From assembly GCF_001194135.2 (NCBI RefSeq), contig NC_068981.1, forward strand, positions 196,598,183-196,631,983: a stretch of 33,801 nucleotides of DNA, given 5' to 3'. Positions 21,461 through 33,763 of this stretch are shown in pieces. This DNA comes from Octopus bimaculoides. Lineage: Eukaryota. The translations under genes and the position numbers were made by a program. The stretch's first letter is position 1. Each line of letters opens with the position of its first letter. The notes beneath the pieces are model-generated. The model worked only from the letters and a program-made list of their open reading frames with translations. It was not told where the DNA came from and searched no databases.

Positions 21461-23769
21461 ATATAAATATATATATATATATATATATANNNNNNNNNNN
21501 NNNNNNNNNNNNNNNNNNNNNNNNNNNNNNNNNNNNNNNNNNNNNNNNNNNNNNNNNNNNNNNNNNNNNNNNNNNNNNNNNNNNNNNNNNNNNNNNNNNN
21601 NNNNNNNNNNNNNNNNNNNNNNNNNNNNNNNNNNNNNNNNNNNNNNNNNNNNNNNNNNNNNNNNNNNNNNNNNNNNNNNNNNNNNNNNNNNNNNNNNNNN
21701 NNNNNNNNNNNNNNNNNNNNNNNNNNNNNNNNNNNNNNNNNNNNNNNNNNNNNNNNNNNNNNNNNNNNNNNNNNNNNNNNNNNNNNNNNNNNNNNNNNNN
21801 NNNNNNNNNNNNNNNNNNNNNNNNNNNNNNNNNNNNNNNNNNNNNNNNNNNNNNNNNNNNNNNNNNNNNNNNNNNNNNNNNNNNNNNNNNNNNNNNNNNN
21901 NNNNNNNNNNNNNNNNNNNNNNNNNNNNNNNNNNNNNNNNNNNNNNNNNNNNNNNNNNNNNNNNNNNNNNNNNNNNNNNNNNNNNNNNNNNNNNNNNNNN
22001 NNNNNNNNNNNNNNNNNNNNNNNNNNNNNNNNNNNNNNNNNNNNNNNNNNNNNNNNNNNNNNNNNNNNNNNNNNNNNNNNNNNNNNNNNNNNNNNNNNNN
22101 NNNNNNNNNNNNNNNNNNNNNNNNNNNNNNNNNNNNNNNNNNNNNNNNNNNNNNNNNNNNNNNNNNNNNNNNNNNNNNCACATATATATTCAGACTTGTA
22201 CATTCATACATCGAAAATATGAAACATCGAAAGTAAACAGAAATATCTCATGTCAGAAAAATTTTAAGTTTTTCATTTACGTATATCTCTCATTGAAATG
22301 AATTATATTCTTACACACTTCTTTTCTGTCTTGTTAAATTACTCCCTTATATTTATTGTTTACATATTTTTCATCGTGTATTTCAGCGGTAGAAAAAGCG
22401 GTGATAGCCACATAACGGAGAAAGGGACGAAGATTTTCAAGTCCTTTTGTTGGCAATATCATTAATATGTAAACCAAGCTAAATTATGGGCAGTAAACTC
22501 CGCAGACATTTTCTCACATTCCTTGGCGCAAGTCATGACTAAAAATTACTTTTAATATATGAAAGAATCGTGACATTTTTGACGGTCAGGTTCAGCAACG
22601 ATTTAATAGTCGGAGAAATTTTCCGTAACTAACAAAGAAATTTAATTCTTTGAACCCCAATAAAATACTAAAGCAATGTATATCAAATGTTCCACTCACA
22701 TTTGACTCCCTTCGAATCTAACTTTTCAAATTATTTTTTATCTAAATTTAATAATTGTTAGTATAAGAATTATTCTTAGTTTTTACCAATAATATGGAAT
22801 GTACGCTATATAGATACATTTATTAATTCTCTTTTTTGACGGTACGGGTATACTAGTATATTGTGTGCCTACGTATATAAACTGACTATTTATCAAATAT
22901 CACCACCTTTTACTACCTCCACTTCATTACTAGTACAGTATAGGTGCAACACCTTCTACAGATCACCGTGAAAAATAAGATGGCCTCCCATAATTCATTG
23001 CTACAATAAAGCCGAGATTCTTCAGAGGAAACGGTTTTGCGGATAGTTAGAATAGATATGAAGGAGGAAGAGGGGGAGGAGGAGGAGGAGGAGGANNNNN
23101 NNNNNNNNNNNNNNNNNNNNNNNNNNNNNNNNNNNNNNNNNNNNNNNNNNNNNNNNNNNNNNNNNNNNNNNNNNNNNNNNNNNNNNNNNNNNNNNNNNNN
23201 NNNNNNNNNNNNNNNNNNNNNNNNNNNNNNNNNNNNNNNNNNNNNNNNNNNNNNNNNNNNNNNNNNNNNNNNNNNNNNNNNNNNNNNNNNNNNNNNNNNN
23301 NNNNNNNNNNNNNNNNNNNNNNNNNNNNNNNNNNNNNNNNNNNNNNNNNNNNNNNNNNNNNNNNNNNNNNNNNNNNNNNNNNNNNNNNNNNNNNNNNNNN
23401 NNNNNNNNNNNNNNNNNNNNNNNNNNNNNNNNNNNNNNNNNNNNNNNNNNNNNNNNNNNNNNNNNNNNNNNNNNNNNNNNNNNNNNNNNNNNNNNNNNNN
23501 NNNNNNNNNNNNNNNNNNNNNNNNNNNNNNNNNNNNNNNNNNNNNNNNNNNNNNNNNNNNNNNNNNNNNNNNNNNNNNNNNNNNNNNNNNNNNNNNNNNN
23601 NNNNNNNNNNNNNNNNNNNNNNNNNNNNNNNNNNNNNNNNNNNNNNNNNNNNNNNNNNNNNNNNNNNNNNNNNNNNNNNNNNNNNNNNNNNNNNNNNNNN
23701 NNNNNNNNNNNNNNNNNNNNNNNNNNNNNNNNNNNNNNNNNNNNNNNNNNNNNNNNNNNNNNNNNNNNN

Positions 23770-24110
23770 ATATATATAACGATGCATACTTGAGTGTATG
23801 CACGCATGTATCAATGGGTATGTAAGTATGTATATATGTATGTATAGCTATGTATCCATTTGTCTGTATTTGTACGTATGTCAGTATATATACGTATGTA
23901 TGTATGCATGCATGTATGTATGTATGTATATGTATATGTAAAATGTACGTGTGTATGTATATATATATGTATGCGTATATATGTGCGTGTATGTATGTGT
24001 GTATGCATGTATATGTATATATATGTACTTATATATGTATGCGTGTATGTATGCATGTATGTATGTATGTATGTATGTATGTATGTACGTATGTATGTTT
24101 GTATGTATAA
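23770..24110. repeat. Degenerate (TATG)n/(TA)n microsatellite
   Basis: Direct inspection. Confidence 0.9.
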
Positions 24111-24515
24111 CAAGACATTTATCGTTCCCTGATAGCGAGATGCTGTTTTCTTATTTATTTGACATTTTTTCAACGTTGGAATATTGAAGACAGAAACGAT
24201 AAATCGAGGATTTATTTCTCAAAATCACGTCTGTATTAGAGTCACTACTTCAGACACGCAAACACACGCAACGTAAGCACATACACACATGCACACACTA
24301 GCACACACACACACACACTGACACAAACGTACAAGTACAAACGCACACAAAATTACACACATACGCACACGCAGATACACATGCATACACAAGCGCACGT
24401 ACACAAACATGTCGATAAACAATAATAAATACGAACATTTACACTTTACTCAAAGCTAAGTATACCGCCATCTTCTTCTCCTTCTCTCTAACACTCCCAC
24501 TTTCTCTCCTTCCCC

Positions 24516-24554
<39 letters not shown>

Positions 24555-25012
24555 TCCTCTCCCGCATCCCATCTCTCTTTCTCCATATGTATGTGTATAT
24601 GTATAGTAGTCTGATGAAAGCAAACTAGCCGAAGCTTCGAAGTCACTGCCAAAATTTTTCGTCTTAAATTTAATGAATATATACATATAAATTATGTATT
24701 ATGTGTAGACACTCACACACACAAAAATACACACACACACGTGTGTGTACATCATACATTGAACTCTCTATTCTCGTAAGACGCAGAAATTATTCTCCTG
24801 CGACGTACACTACAGCAGTGAGCATATTCTGCTTTTGAACTCGTTAAGAATGAATATGTAAATATGTAAATGACCTTTCCACATCTCGATGTATGCGGTG
24901 CAAATAACTTGCTATTTCGTCATGTTGAACCGTTAAGCCCTAAAAAAAACTGAATTTTCTGCCTCGGTTTTTTCTTTTTTTCATTCTCTTTCCTTTTTTT
25001 CTCCTCTTAATC

Positions 25013-25048
25013 CTTTCTGTCGAAGTGCTTAGGCTCGAAACATAAAAG
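25013..25048 (+). ncRNA. Degenerate minimal type I hammerhead ribozyme motif (second family)
   Basis: CTTT-CTGTCGA-A-GTG-CTTAGG-CTC-GAAA-C-ATA-AAAG. Stem I is CTTT/AAAG, the core matches CUGANGA at 6/7, and GAAAC is intact. Stems II and III carry point changes. Confidence 0.5.
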
Positions 25049-25377
25049 ACTTTTCCATTCTTCCCGAGCGTTAAACTAATATACCTGTTTACTGTTCTTT
25101 CACCTGTCTTCATCTTTTGTTTTCTATAAATTTGAATTATATANNNNNNNNNNNNNNNNNNNNNNNNNNNNNNNNNNNNNNNNNNNNNNNNNNNNNNNNN
25201 NNNNNNNNNNNNNNNNNNNNNNNNNNNNNNNNNNNNNNNNNNNNNNNNNNNNNNNNNNNNNNNNNNNNNNNNNNNNNNNNNNNNNNNNNNNNNNNNNNNN
25301 NNNNNNNNNNNNNNNNNNNNNNNNNNNNNNNNNNNNNNNNNNNNNNNNNNNNNNNNNNNNNNNNNNNNNNNNNNNNN

Positions 25378-25411
<34 letters not shown>

Positions 25412-25916
25412 GTATATATATATAAGAAAATAGAGAGATGATTAATAAATTATTATTTATTAATTAAAAAATTGACAAACATCTCTTACAGCTGTTTCAA
25501 ATTCAAGACCATCAGAAAATTAATTAATAAAATTAAAAATCATTTGAGAGTCGAATCTCGTCAGGAGTAGTTTAAGATATACAAAATAGGCTTTCAATTC
25601 CTGCATGTTGAGTAAACGGCTGCAGACTGTTAACTGATAAAATTTATGCAAAAAGAACATAGAATAAAATATGGTATAGACATTAGAAAAGGGAGGAAGG
25701 TTGTAAAGTAAGAATAGATCTATTCTTAATTTATTATCTCTCCATTTGCTTATCTTATTATAATAAATAAATATATATAAACCACAGTTCATAGAGTTAC
25801 CTTACAGTTGGGTATTAACTGTAATGTTCAACGTTCTTTGGATAGGTAACTCACCAGTACTTTCATAGGATTTTGCTATCCTGCAATGAGGTTTGTAACC
25901 TTTATTTGAACTTCTG

Positions 25917-25950
<34 letters not shown>

Positions 25951-26377
25951 NNNNNNNNNNNNNNNNNNNNNNNNNNNNNNNNNNNNNNNNNNNNNNNNNN
26001 NNNNNNNNNNNNNNNNNNNNNNNNNNNNNNNNNNNNNNNNNNNNNNNNNNNNNNNNNNNNNNNNNNNNNNNNNNNNNNNNNNNNNNNNNNNNNNNNNNNN
26101 NNNNNNNNNNNNNNNNNNNNNNNNNNNNNNNNNNNNNNNNNNNNNNNNNNNNNNNNNNNNNNNNNNNNNNNNNNNNNNNNNNNNNNNNNNNNNNNNNNNN
26201 NNNNNNNNNNNNNNNNNNNNNNNNNNNNNNNNNNNNNNNNNNNNNNNNNNNNNNNNNNNNNNNNNNNNNNNNNNNNNNNNNNNNNNNNNNNNNNNNNNNN
26301 NNNNNNNNNNNNNNNNNNNNNNNNNNNNNNNNNNNNNNNNNNNNNNNNNNNNNNNNNNNNNNNNNNNNNNNNNNNNN

Positions 26378-26448
<71 letters not shown>
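26378..26448. repeat. (TG)n microsatellite (internal tract of adjacent SINE A half)
   Basis: Direct inspection. Confidence 0.93.
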
Positions 26449-26449
<1 letters not shown>

Positions 26450-26625
26450 TGTATTCGTCGCTCACCACCACTACAGCTTCACAACAAGTTACATCCCCGT
26501 AACCTGGCGGTTCGGCGAAAGGAACAGACGAAATGAGTACCAAGATTTAGAAAAATGTACTGAGAACGATTCTCTCGACTTAAAGTTCTTCAAGGCGGTG
26601 TCCCAGCATGGCCGCTGTCAATTAC
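26445..26625 (+). mobile_element. SINE family A, 3' half (diverged)
   Basis: TACATCCCCGTAACCTGGCGGTTCGGCGAAAG ... TTCTTCAAGGCGGTGTCCCAGCATGGCCGC. Confidence 0.85.
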
Positions 26626-26827
26626 AATGGGGAAGGGGTACGTGATTAGATAGAAGAAGATCGGCTCTCTAAGCCTTTTCTGTGTCAACCCAGAACACAA
26701 ACCAAAAGTCGTGCAAAAAGACTGCATCTCTGAATGAGAAAACAATTTTTTAAGGCGTGATTAAGGAGAATATTAACTGCTATTTGTTGCAGATCGAGCA
26801 ATGTGGTTATTGGTAGAGAATTCTGGT

Positions 26828-27034
26828 TATGCACCAGGTGAAGACGGTCGAAGATTAGGAGATCGGTTAAGAGAACAGTTGCTGGAAGTTCGATGCCACA
26901 AGACCAAGGAAACTGTGGCCCATCACTTCAACTTCCCTGACCACACCCCTCTACACCTCCTTCTATATTACACTATATCTGTCCAGATCCTGAACGCGAA
27001 GAGGCCACATGGCCAAAACAACCGACTTACTTTA
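26828..27034 (+). mobile_element. Penelope-like element GIY-YIG endonuclease C-terminal fragment
   Basis: YAPGEDGRRLGDRLREQLLEV...TVAHHFNFPDHT...LNAKRPHGQNNRL resembles the PLE endonuclease pattern YIGETGRRLGDRFREH...VAxHFNxPxH...TLxPHGxNxR. Confidence 0.8.
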
Positions 27035-27398
27035 CTCTATTTGAGTCCAAGGCCACTCAGACACCCACGTGTCTGAATATGTGGGGCTGTACATGTGAAT
27101 GTGGCAGCCATAAAGTTTTTTGTTGATGGAGTGTATTAACAGGTTCGAGTGTGGTGAAGAAGAAATCCAATCGAAGGCCCAGTGGAAAGATATGAGAACT
27201 AAAATAAAACATGTGTTGGCAATTTTGTGAGTAGTTGTCATGGGTGGAACATACCCACATATATAACCGTGTGGGTGTGTGGGTGCGGTAAGTTTCTAGA
27301 GTCTGTTGTTTAGGCCATCTGACTGTGTTGCGCCGAGACGAAGTATCATCCTCTTTGCAGTCAGGACCCGGACAGACGTGGACAAATATGTTCTAGAT

Positions 27399-27450
27399 CA
27401 AAGGTTCTCAACAGGGACCATATGGCCTCCTAGGGGGCCATTTGGAGCTC
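27399..27450 (+). mobile_element. Left end of a hAT (Charlie-like) non-autonomous element
   Basis: CAAAGGTTCTCAAC resembles the Charlie-type TIR CAGNGGTTCTCAAC and is immediately preceded by TTCTAGAT, which fits the NTCTAGAN target-site consensus. No clear right TIR. Confidence 0.5.
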
Positions 27451-27572
27451 GAGGTGATGTTTCGGAGTAAAGGGCTCTCTTGTACTAAATAGCACTCTTT
27501 CAGTAGACAACATGTTGATCTCATAAGTGTCACGTGGTTGAAATAAACGCAATTTCCAAACTTTCAATTTTT

Positions 27573-27717
27573 TTACATTATTTACATTTGACAGATATTT
27601 GTCCTCATCTTGTTTGTTGTTAACACAACGTTTCGGCTGATATACCTTCCAGCCTTCATCAAATGTAAATAATGCAAATAATGTACATAATTCCTCATCT
27701 CTTTAATATAGAACTGT
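27573..27717 (-). mobile_element. Repeat family E fragment with fold-back junction
   Basis: Homologous to 14024-14108; 27573-27591 and 27659-27677 form an 18/19 inverted repeat. The right boundary is recalled and approximate. Confidence 0.8.
27623..27666 (-). ncRNA. Minimal type I hammerhead ribozyme motif (near intact, C3U)
   Basis: Minus strand: ACAT-TTGATGA-A-GGCTG-GAAGGTATAT-CAGCC-GAAA-C-GTT|GTGT. It has a perfect 5-bp stem II, a palindromic AACGTT stem III and an ACAT/GTGT stem I. Confidence 0.7.
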
Positions 27718-28129
27718 GTTTCAATCTCGACGTCTATACTCCCGACTGCGTACCAGCGCATGTGCAAAACAACGTCCTTTACTTTTTAATCATTATCTTC
27801 CGTTATCAAACTAAGTAGTATATTGAAAAATACATTTTAAAACGGAACATTTTGGTGTAATGTATTTTTCATTATTTAGTTAAAGAGGAAAGAACAGCGC
27901 ACTTAAATGTCTGTTTTTTTTTTTTTGTTTTCGATTTTTCGTTTTGTTTTTTTGTGTTGTTTTGTCTCTTTTCAAGAATCCCGGGATAAAGGGAGAAGGT
28001 TATTTTCAACTGATTTAACTGTTTGAAATAGAGTGGACTCTGCTAAAGTCACTCAAGTACCAGGTCGTGGTGTTAAAGTGGACGTAGGATCAAATCTAAC
28101 AGCTCAAGAATTTAGTAGGCAAAAACTGC

Positions 28130-28960
28130 AAGGTATTTCGTGTCGCGCCGTAATCGCTCTGCCAATTCGCCACTTGTTCAAACATTGTCAAAAGTTTTAG
28201 GTCTGCTCGACTTCAAACTAAACTACAACCGAAACAGAACGCAATACCAATTTTGTCTTCTTTTTCTATCAATTTTTTTATTACGGCACAAAACCTGCAG
28301 ATTTAGAGAGAAAGGAAGGGAGTGAATCGATTATATCGATCAGTGTGTACCTCCATCTTATTTTCTAAATGGAATATTTCTCAGCATTTGTATTCCACAA
28401 GTCCATCGATGGCCAAAGAACACCATCCACAGCACCAAGGCTCATTTCTCAGGCTCCTTACCATGTTTCTTTATTTTGAGAAGACCACCCAGCTCGACCT
28501 TGAATGAATCGGTGACCATAGGAGTGACCATTTGATGGCTTAATGATAATCTGTTCAATCCAAGTTTGGAAGCTATGTACAGGTTTGACCAGATATTTAA
28601 TGAAAGTTTAAGCTTCGCGCCGTAAAGGATTTCTCAATTGTTGCGATAAAGATTCTCTCCTGGAATTGTCTCGAGTTTGTATGCAGCCTTCATACAATCG
28701 AGCACTTTATAGGGAAGTCCTCTTCACGCTATGATTCGTCTGAAACAGTTCATCTCAGAAAATTACTTGAGTACCTCACATTCTCTCGAGTAGATGGAGG
28801 GCAGTGACGTTGTAGACGGCGTATTCTTGGTCAGCCACATCACACAATATCGAAACGATTATTTAAAAACAACTTGCAGATACAAAAGCTGTCAGTGGAA
28901 AGCTCCGTGTACCGGAAACTAGCAGGTTTATGAGATTATCAGGAGAGAACGCTCACTGTT
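28130..28960 (-). mobile_element. Heavily decayed non-LTR retrotransposon RT region (RTE-like)
   Basis: Minus-strand remnants in correct RT order: CKLFLNNR (about 28855-28878), KNxxSTT, ALHLLE (about 28785-28802), RGLPYKVLDCMKAAY (about 28680-28723), VTPxxTDSFKVELG (28487-28528, cf. SPDGxTDxFxIxxGVLQG), KSAG...KKKTKL (about 28245-28304), EQV...KYL. Many stops and frameshifts. Confidence 0.6.
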
Positions 28961-30129
28961 TTGGGACCTCCGCTCGGCTGCATTATTAAGCACTGGTACC
29001 CACTTCCTCACTGTGATGAGGCCCCACTTGCTACACGAACTGGTCACTGGATTTCGCTCAATATTCTAGCCATTGCTCATTGTCTCTTTTTAACTAAATC
29101 CATTGGCTTGCCTTCTGCACTGCAGTCTGGATATTGGTCATGGTGGTATTTGCTTTACGATGAGTTAGGCCTGGCAACAACAACAGTGGCCTCCCAGTTT
29201 CCATGAACACTTTACATTCAACTTCGATTGGATAAAGCTTTGTTTTCCAGCGTACATCTTCAGATTACTCGCGGAGATTATCTGAACGGTCGGTCCTTCG
29301 AATCCGAACGACGTCCATGTTATCTTCGTGAGAAAGCGTTACCGTAGACCATCAAACTGCGGTCAGCTACACTGAGGAAAATTAGTGATCAGCTGCGAAT
29401 CCAGAACGTTTTACAGCGGTCAGCGACATTGTAGAAGATCCGATTACGGTCAGTTACGTTGTAAGGCATGACATTTTGCTAGAGTGCACTCCATCATCTT
29501 GCGATTGAGATTTGGTCGATATTGTAATCGCTATTGATTATTTGTGATTTCATACTTAGATGTGAGATATGTGTGTGTCTGTGTGTATATATGCGTGTGA
29601 GTGAATGTGTGTACGTGCATGTGTGTGTGTGTGTGTGCATATAATGTAAACGTCATATGAACATAATATAAACACCTATACACATGTCTTTATATGTGTG
29701 TGTGAATGTGTGTGTGAATGTGTGCGTGCGAGCGCGCCCGCGCGAGCGTGTGTGTATGCAAATGTCTTTATGCATATGTATGTATGCGCATGTGAAGATA
29801 AACAAACACATATAATTACTAAATATCACAGATACAAAAATTTATAACACGTATTTGTGCGCATGTGCATATGCAAGTACGTCCGCAAGGAATTTTTAAA
29901 TGTATCTTGTTCAATATATTTACAATATATTGTAATATATATTAACATATACATACATTTATAAATATACATATATATAGATAGATAGGTAGATAAATAT
30001 GTATATATATATATATATAATATATGTACATAGATGTACGTGTTTACATAAAACTATAACATATATATAAACATGTATGTGTGTTCACGTACAGACATAA
30101 ACTTGTCTATATGTACATGAATATGCTAC

Positions 30130-30142
30130 GTATATATATATA

Positions 30143-30192
<50 letters not shown>

Positions 30193-30249
30193 CACACATA
30201 TATATATATACCTATATATACATATATATATATACATATATATATATAC

Positions 30250-30282
<33 letters not shown>

Positions 30283-31160
30283 NNNNNNNNNNNNNNNNNN
30301 NNNNNNNNNNNNNNNNNNNNNNNNNNNNNNNNNNNNNNNNNNNNNNNNNNNNNNNNNNNNNNNNNNNNNNNNNNNNNNNNNNNNNNNNNNNNNNNNNNNN
30401 NNNNNNNNNNNNNNNNNNNNNNNNNNNNNNNNNNNNNNNNNNNNNNNNNNNNNNNNNNNNNNNNNNNNNNNNNNNNNNNNNNNNNNNNNNNNNNNNNNNN
30501 NNNNNNNNNNNNNNNNNNNNNNNNNNNNNNNNNNNNNNNNNNNNNNNNNNNNNNNNNNNNNNNNNNNNNNNNNNNNNNNNNNNNNNNNNNNNNNNNNNNN
30601 NNNNNNNNNNNNNNNNNNNNNNNNNNNNNNNNNNNNNNNNNNNNNNNNNNNNNNNNNNNNNNNNNNNNNNNNNNNNNNNNNNNNNNNNNNNNNNNNNNNN
30701 NNNNNNNNNNNNNNNNNNNNNNNNNNNNNNNNNNNNNNNNNNNNNNNNNNNNNNNNNNNNNNNNNNNNNNNNNNNNNNNNNNNNNNAAATATATATAAAT
30801 ATTTATACACATATGTATATGTACATATATATGTGTGTGTGTGTATAACTATGTGTACATAATATCTATATGCCTATAAATTATATATATTAACTACATA
30901 CCCAAACACCCGCTATATACATATAAATGTCTATATATACATTCATACATATTTGTGTATATGTGTATAAATATATATACATACATGTACATATATATGT
31001 ATATATATATACATTTATATATGTATGTATACATATATACATATATATATAAATATATTATGTGTATATATTTATATATATATATATAAATATATTGTGT
31101 ATATATATATATATATATATGTATGTATATATATACTATATATGTACATATATACATACA
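30130..31160. repeat. TA/TG/CA microsatellite field around a gap
   Basis: Direct inspection. Confidence 0.9.
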
Positions 31161-31761
31161 GTAGACATGTGTAAGTGTTTGTAAGTATAAAGAATGTATC
31201 ATACATTGTTGTCAGTGTTGTTTGTTTTAATGTTTTTTTTAATATATTCTTTTTTTTTCTTTTTTTTTCCTTCATATTAGGTAATTACTGTCAAACATTT
31301 TAATTAAATTGCTTAAATCACCCAACACCTCCCTANNNNNNNNNNNNNNNNNNNNNNNNNNNNNNNNNNNNNNNNNNNNNNNNNNNNNNNNNNNNNNNNN
31401 NNNNNNNNNNNNNNNNNNNNNNNNNNNNNNNNNNNNNNNNNNNNNNNNNNNNNNNNNNNNNNNNNNNNNNNNNNNNNNNNNNNNNNNNNNNNNNNNNNNN
31501 NNNNNNNNNNNNNNNNNNNNNNNNNNNNNNNNNNNNNNNNNNNNNNNNNNNNNNNNNNNNNNNNNNNNNNNNNNNNNNNNNNNNNNNNNNNNNNNNNNNN
31601 NNNNNNNNNNNNNNNNNNNNNNNNNNNNNNNNNNNNNNNNNNNNNNNNNNNNNNNNNNNNNNNNNNNNNNNNNNNNNNNNNNNNNNNNNNNNNNNNNNNN
31701 NNNNNNNNNNNNNNNNNNNNNNNNNNNNNNNNNNNNNNNNNNNNNNNNNNNTATATGTATA

Positions 31762-31796
<35 letters not shown>

Positions 31797-32097
31797 AGAG
31801 AGAGAGAGAGGGAGGAGAGTAAGGGAAAGAGAGAAAGGGGGAGAATGGGGAAGCGAAAAGGAGGGAGAGAGTTGATATGAAAGGAAAACTATCTGAATAA
31901 TATAGTCATTGTATGACGTGGTGCCGAGTGGAATTCTGGGATGTTTTATGGTTTGTGTATATATATGTGTACATATAGTTACATGTGTGTGTGTGAGTGT
32001 AAATATGTAGGTGTGTCTGTGTGTGTGAGTGTGTGCGTGCGTGTGTGTGCATGTATACGCGTGTAATTACGTTTATATACACACGTATGCAGATATG

Positions 32098-32099
32098 TG

Positions 32100-32135
<36 letters not shown>

Positions 32136-32165
32136 CAGGCAGATAGATAGATAGATAGATAGATT

Positions 32166-32197
<32 letters not shown>

Positions 32198-32391
32198 TTA
32201 GTATAACTTTATGTGCATGTGTGCGTCTGTATGTTGTGCGCATATATGTGTGTGAGTGTGTGTGTGCATGCGTATGAGTATATATATGTGTGTATGTATG
32301 TGTGTATGTATATATATATATGTTTGTGTATGTGTATATATATATGTGTGTGTGTGTGTGCATGTAGACATGCATATGTTTGTGTGTGGAC

Positions 32392-32437
<46 letters not shown>
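32098..32437. repeat. Two (GATA)n arrays with TG/TA spacer
   Basis: Direct inspection. Confidence 0.93.
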
Positions 32438-33474
32438 GTTCATCCATACATGCATGCATACACATGCATTATATAGTGTGTATATGAATACAGATTGTAT
32501 TAAAATCAACAGAAATTGTTAAACATAATACATTTGTACATGATTACAAAGAATACAATTATCATGTATGTGTGTGTGCATGTTGCATGTGTGTGTATAT
32601 GGGCCTGTATGTTATACCAACGCGTGCACACACACACACATACACACACACATGTATGTATGAATACATATACACGCATGTATGTATATACTCACTTAAA
32701 TACATATATATACATATATATATGTATATATATATACATATGTGTATGTATATGAATGCATATATAAGCACGCATGTACATACATATATACACACATGCA
32801 AACACACATATGGACATGCATACATCTCTGTATACAAAGGTACGTGAGGATGCGTGTGTGATGTGAAACATATGTATCTAACGGTGAGTTGGACGCGTGT
32901 ATACGGCGTTGATTTGCTAAATTATTGTATACTTAAGGTAGAAAGTCGTCTGCCCAAATGCTAAACGGAGAGATGTCTGCTTCTATCGAGGCATGCGCAG
33001 TGACTGGCGCGTGGCTGACGCGTGACATGCCGTTGTCGTCTGGACATGCCGGCGCCAGCAATGCACTATCCACTGCAGTGTGCACTAAGCTACTATAATT
33101 GCAGTGTTATGTGACGATGTGCATTTGCAGAGATTTAGTTGCACATAATTACTTTGCATTAGAAATTTGTTCCTTATGAAAGCAATAAAGAGTTCGATCT
33201 CTCGGCGCGCGGTTGACTGCATTGTTATGGTGGATATGGAGCTTTATGAGTTGTTTTACTGTTGTTAGCGGTGGTGGTCTTGTTGTTATTGTCAATGCAG
33301 TTGTTGCTGTCGTTATTTTTCTTCTTGTTATTGCTGTTCTTTTTGTTATTGCTGCTGCTGCTGCTGCTGCCGATATTGTACGTAATAGGGTTTTTGACCG
33401 TTAGCATCATACAATGTCGAAATTTACAAGCAAACACACACACATAAAAAAAAATTAAAATGTGGCTGCTAACC

Positions 33475-33558
<84 letters not shown>
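33475..33558. repeat. (GATA)n microsatellite at the 3' end of the family C element
   Basis: Direct inspection. Confidence 0.96.
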
Positions 33559-33559
<1 letters not shown>

Positions 33560-33562
33560 TCT

Positions 33563-33763
33563 GGGGCACTCCGTCTGTTACAACGACGAGAATTCCCGCT
33601 GCTCCGATCAACAAAACAACCTGCTCGTGAAAGTAATGCGAAAGTGGCTGAGCACTCCACAGACATGCATTCCTTTAACGTAGTTCTCGGAGAGATTCAT
33701 TATGACACAGAATGTGTATTACGGGTACAACTCATTTTGCCAGCTGAATGGAATGGAAGAACG
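33563..33763 (-). mobile_element. Interspersed repeat family C (probable SINE body/tail)
   Basis: Reverse complement of 8901-9062, extended 5' by CATTCAGCTGGCAAAATGAGTTGTACC. Confidence 0.8.

Noticed and set aside
26775-26812. CRSSNVV read as the GIY motif of the PLE endonuclease
   Set aside because: The same DNA aligns with the short dispersed repeat family, so the peptide match may be coincidental.
27148-27180. GTGAAGAAG...TCGAAG downstream of the PLE endonuclease as a hammerhead remnant
   Set aside because: The position is suggestive, but both core segments are mutated and stems I and III cannot be formed.
27250-27279. 10-bp hairpin with TATATAA in the loop
   Set aside because: Built from CA/TG-like low-complexity sequence and expected by chance here.
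29720-29755. GC-rich alternating purine/pyrimidine run (Z-DNA potential)
   Set aside because: Just a CG-rich variant of the surrounding (TG)n microsatellite.
4536-33666. Long ORFs in the supplied track (poly-I/Y/H/L/X proteins)
   Set aside because: They are translations of microsatellites or N gaps with no protein-like complexity.
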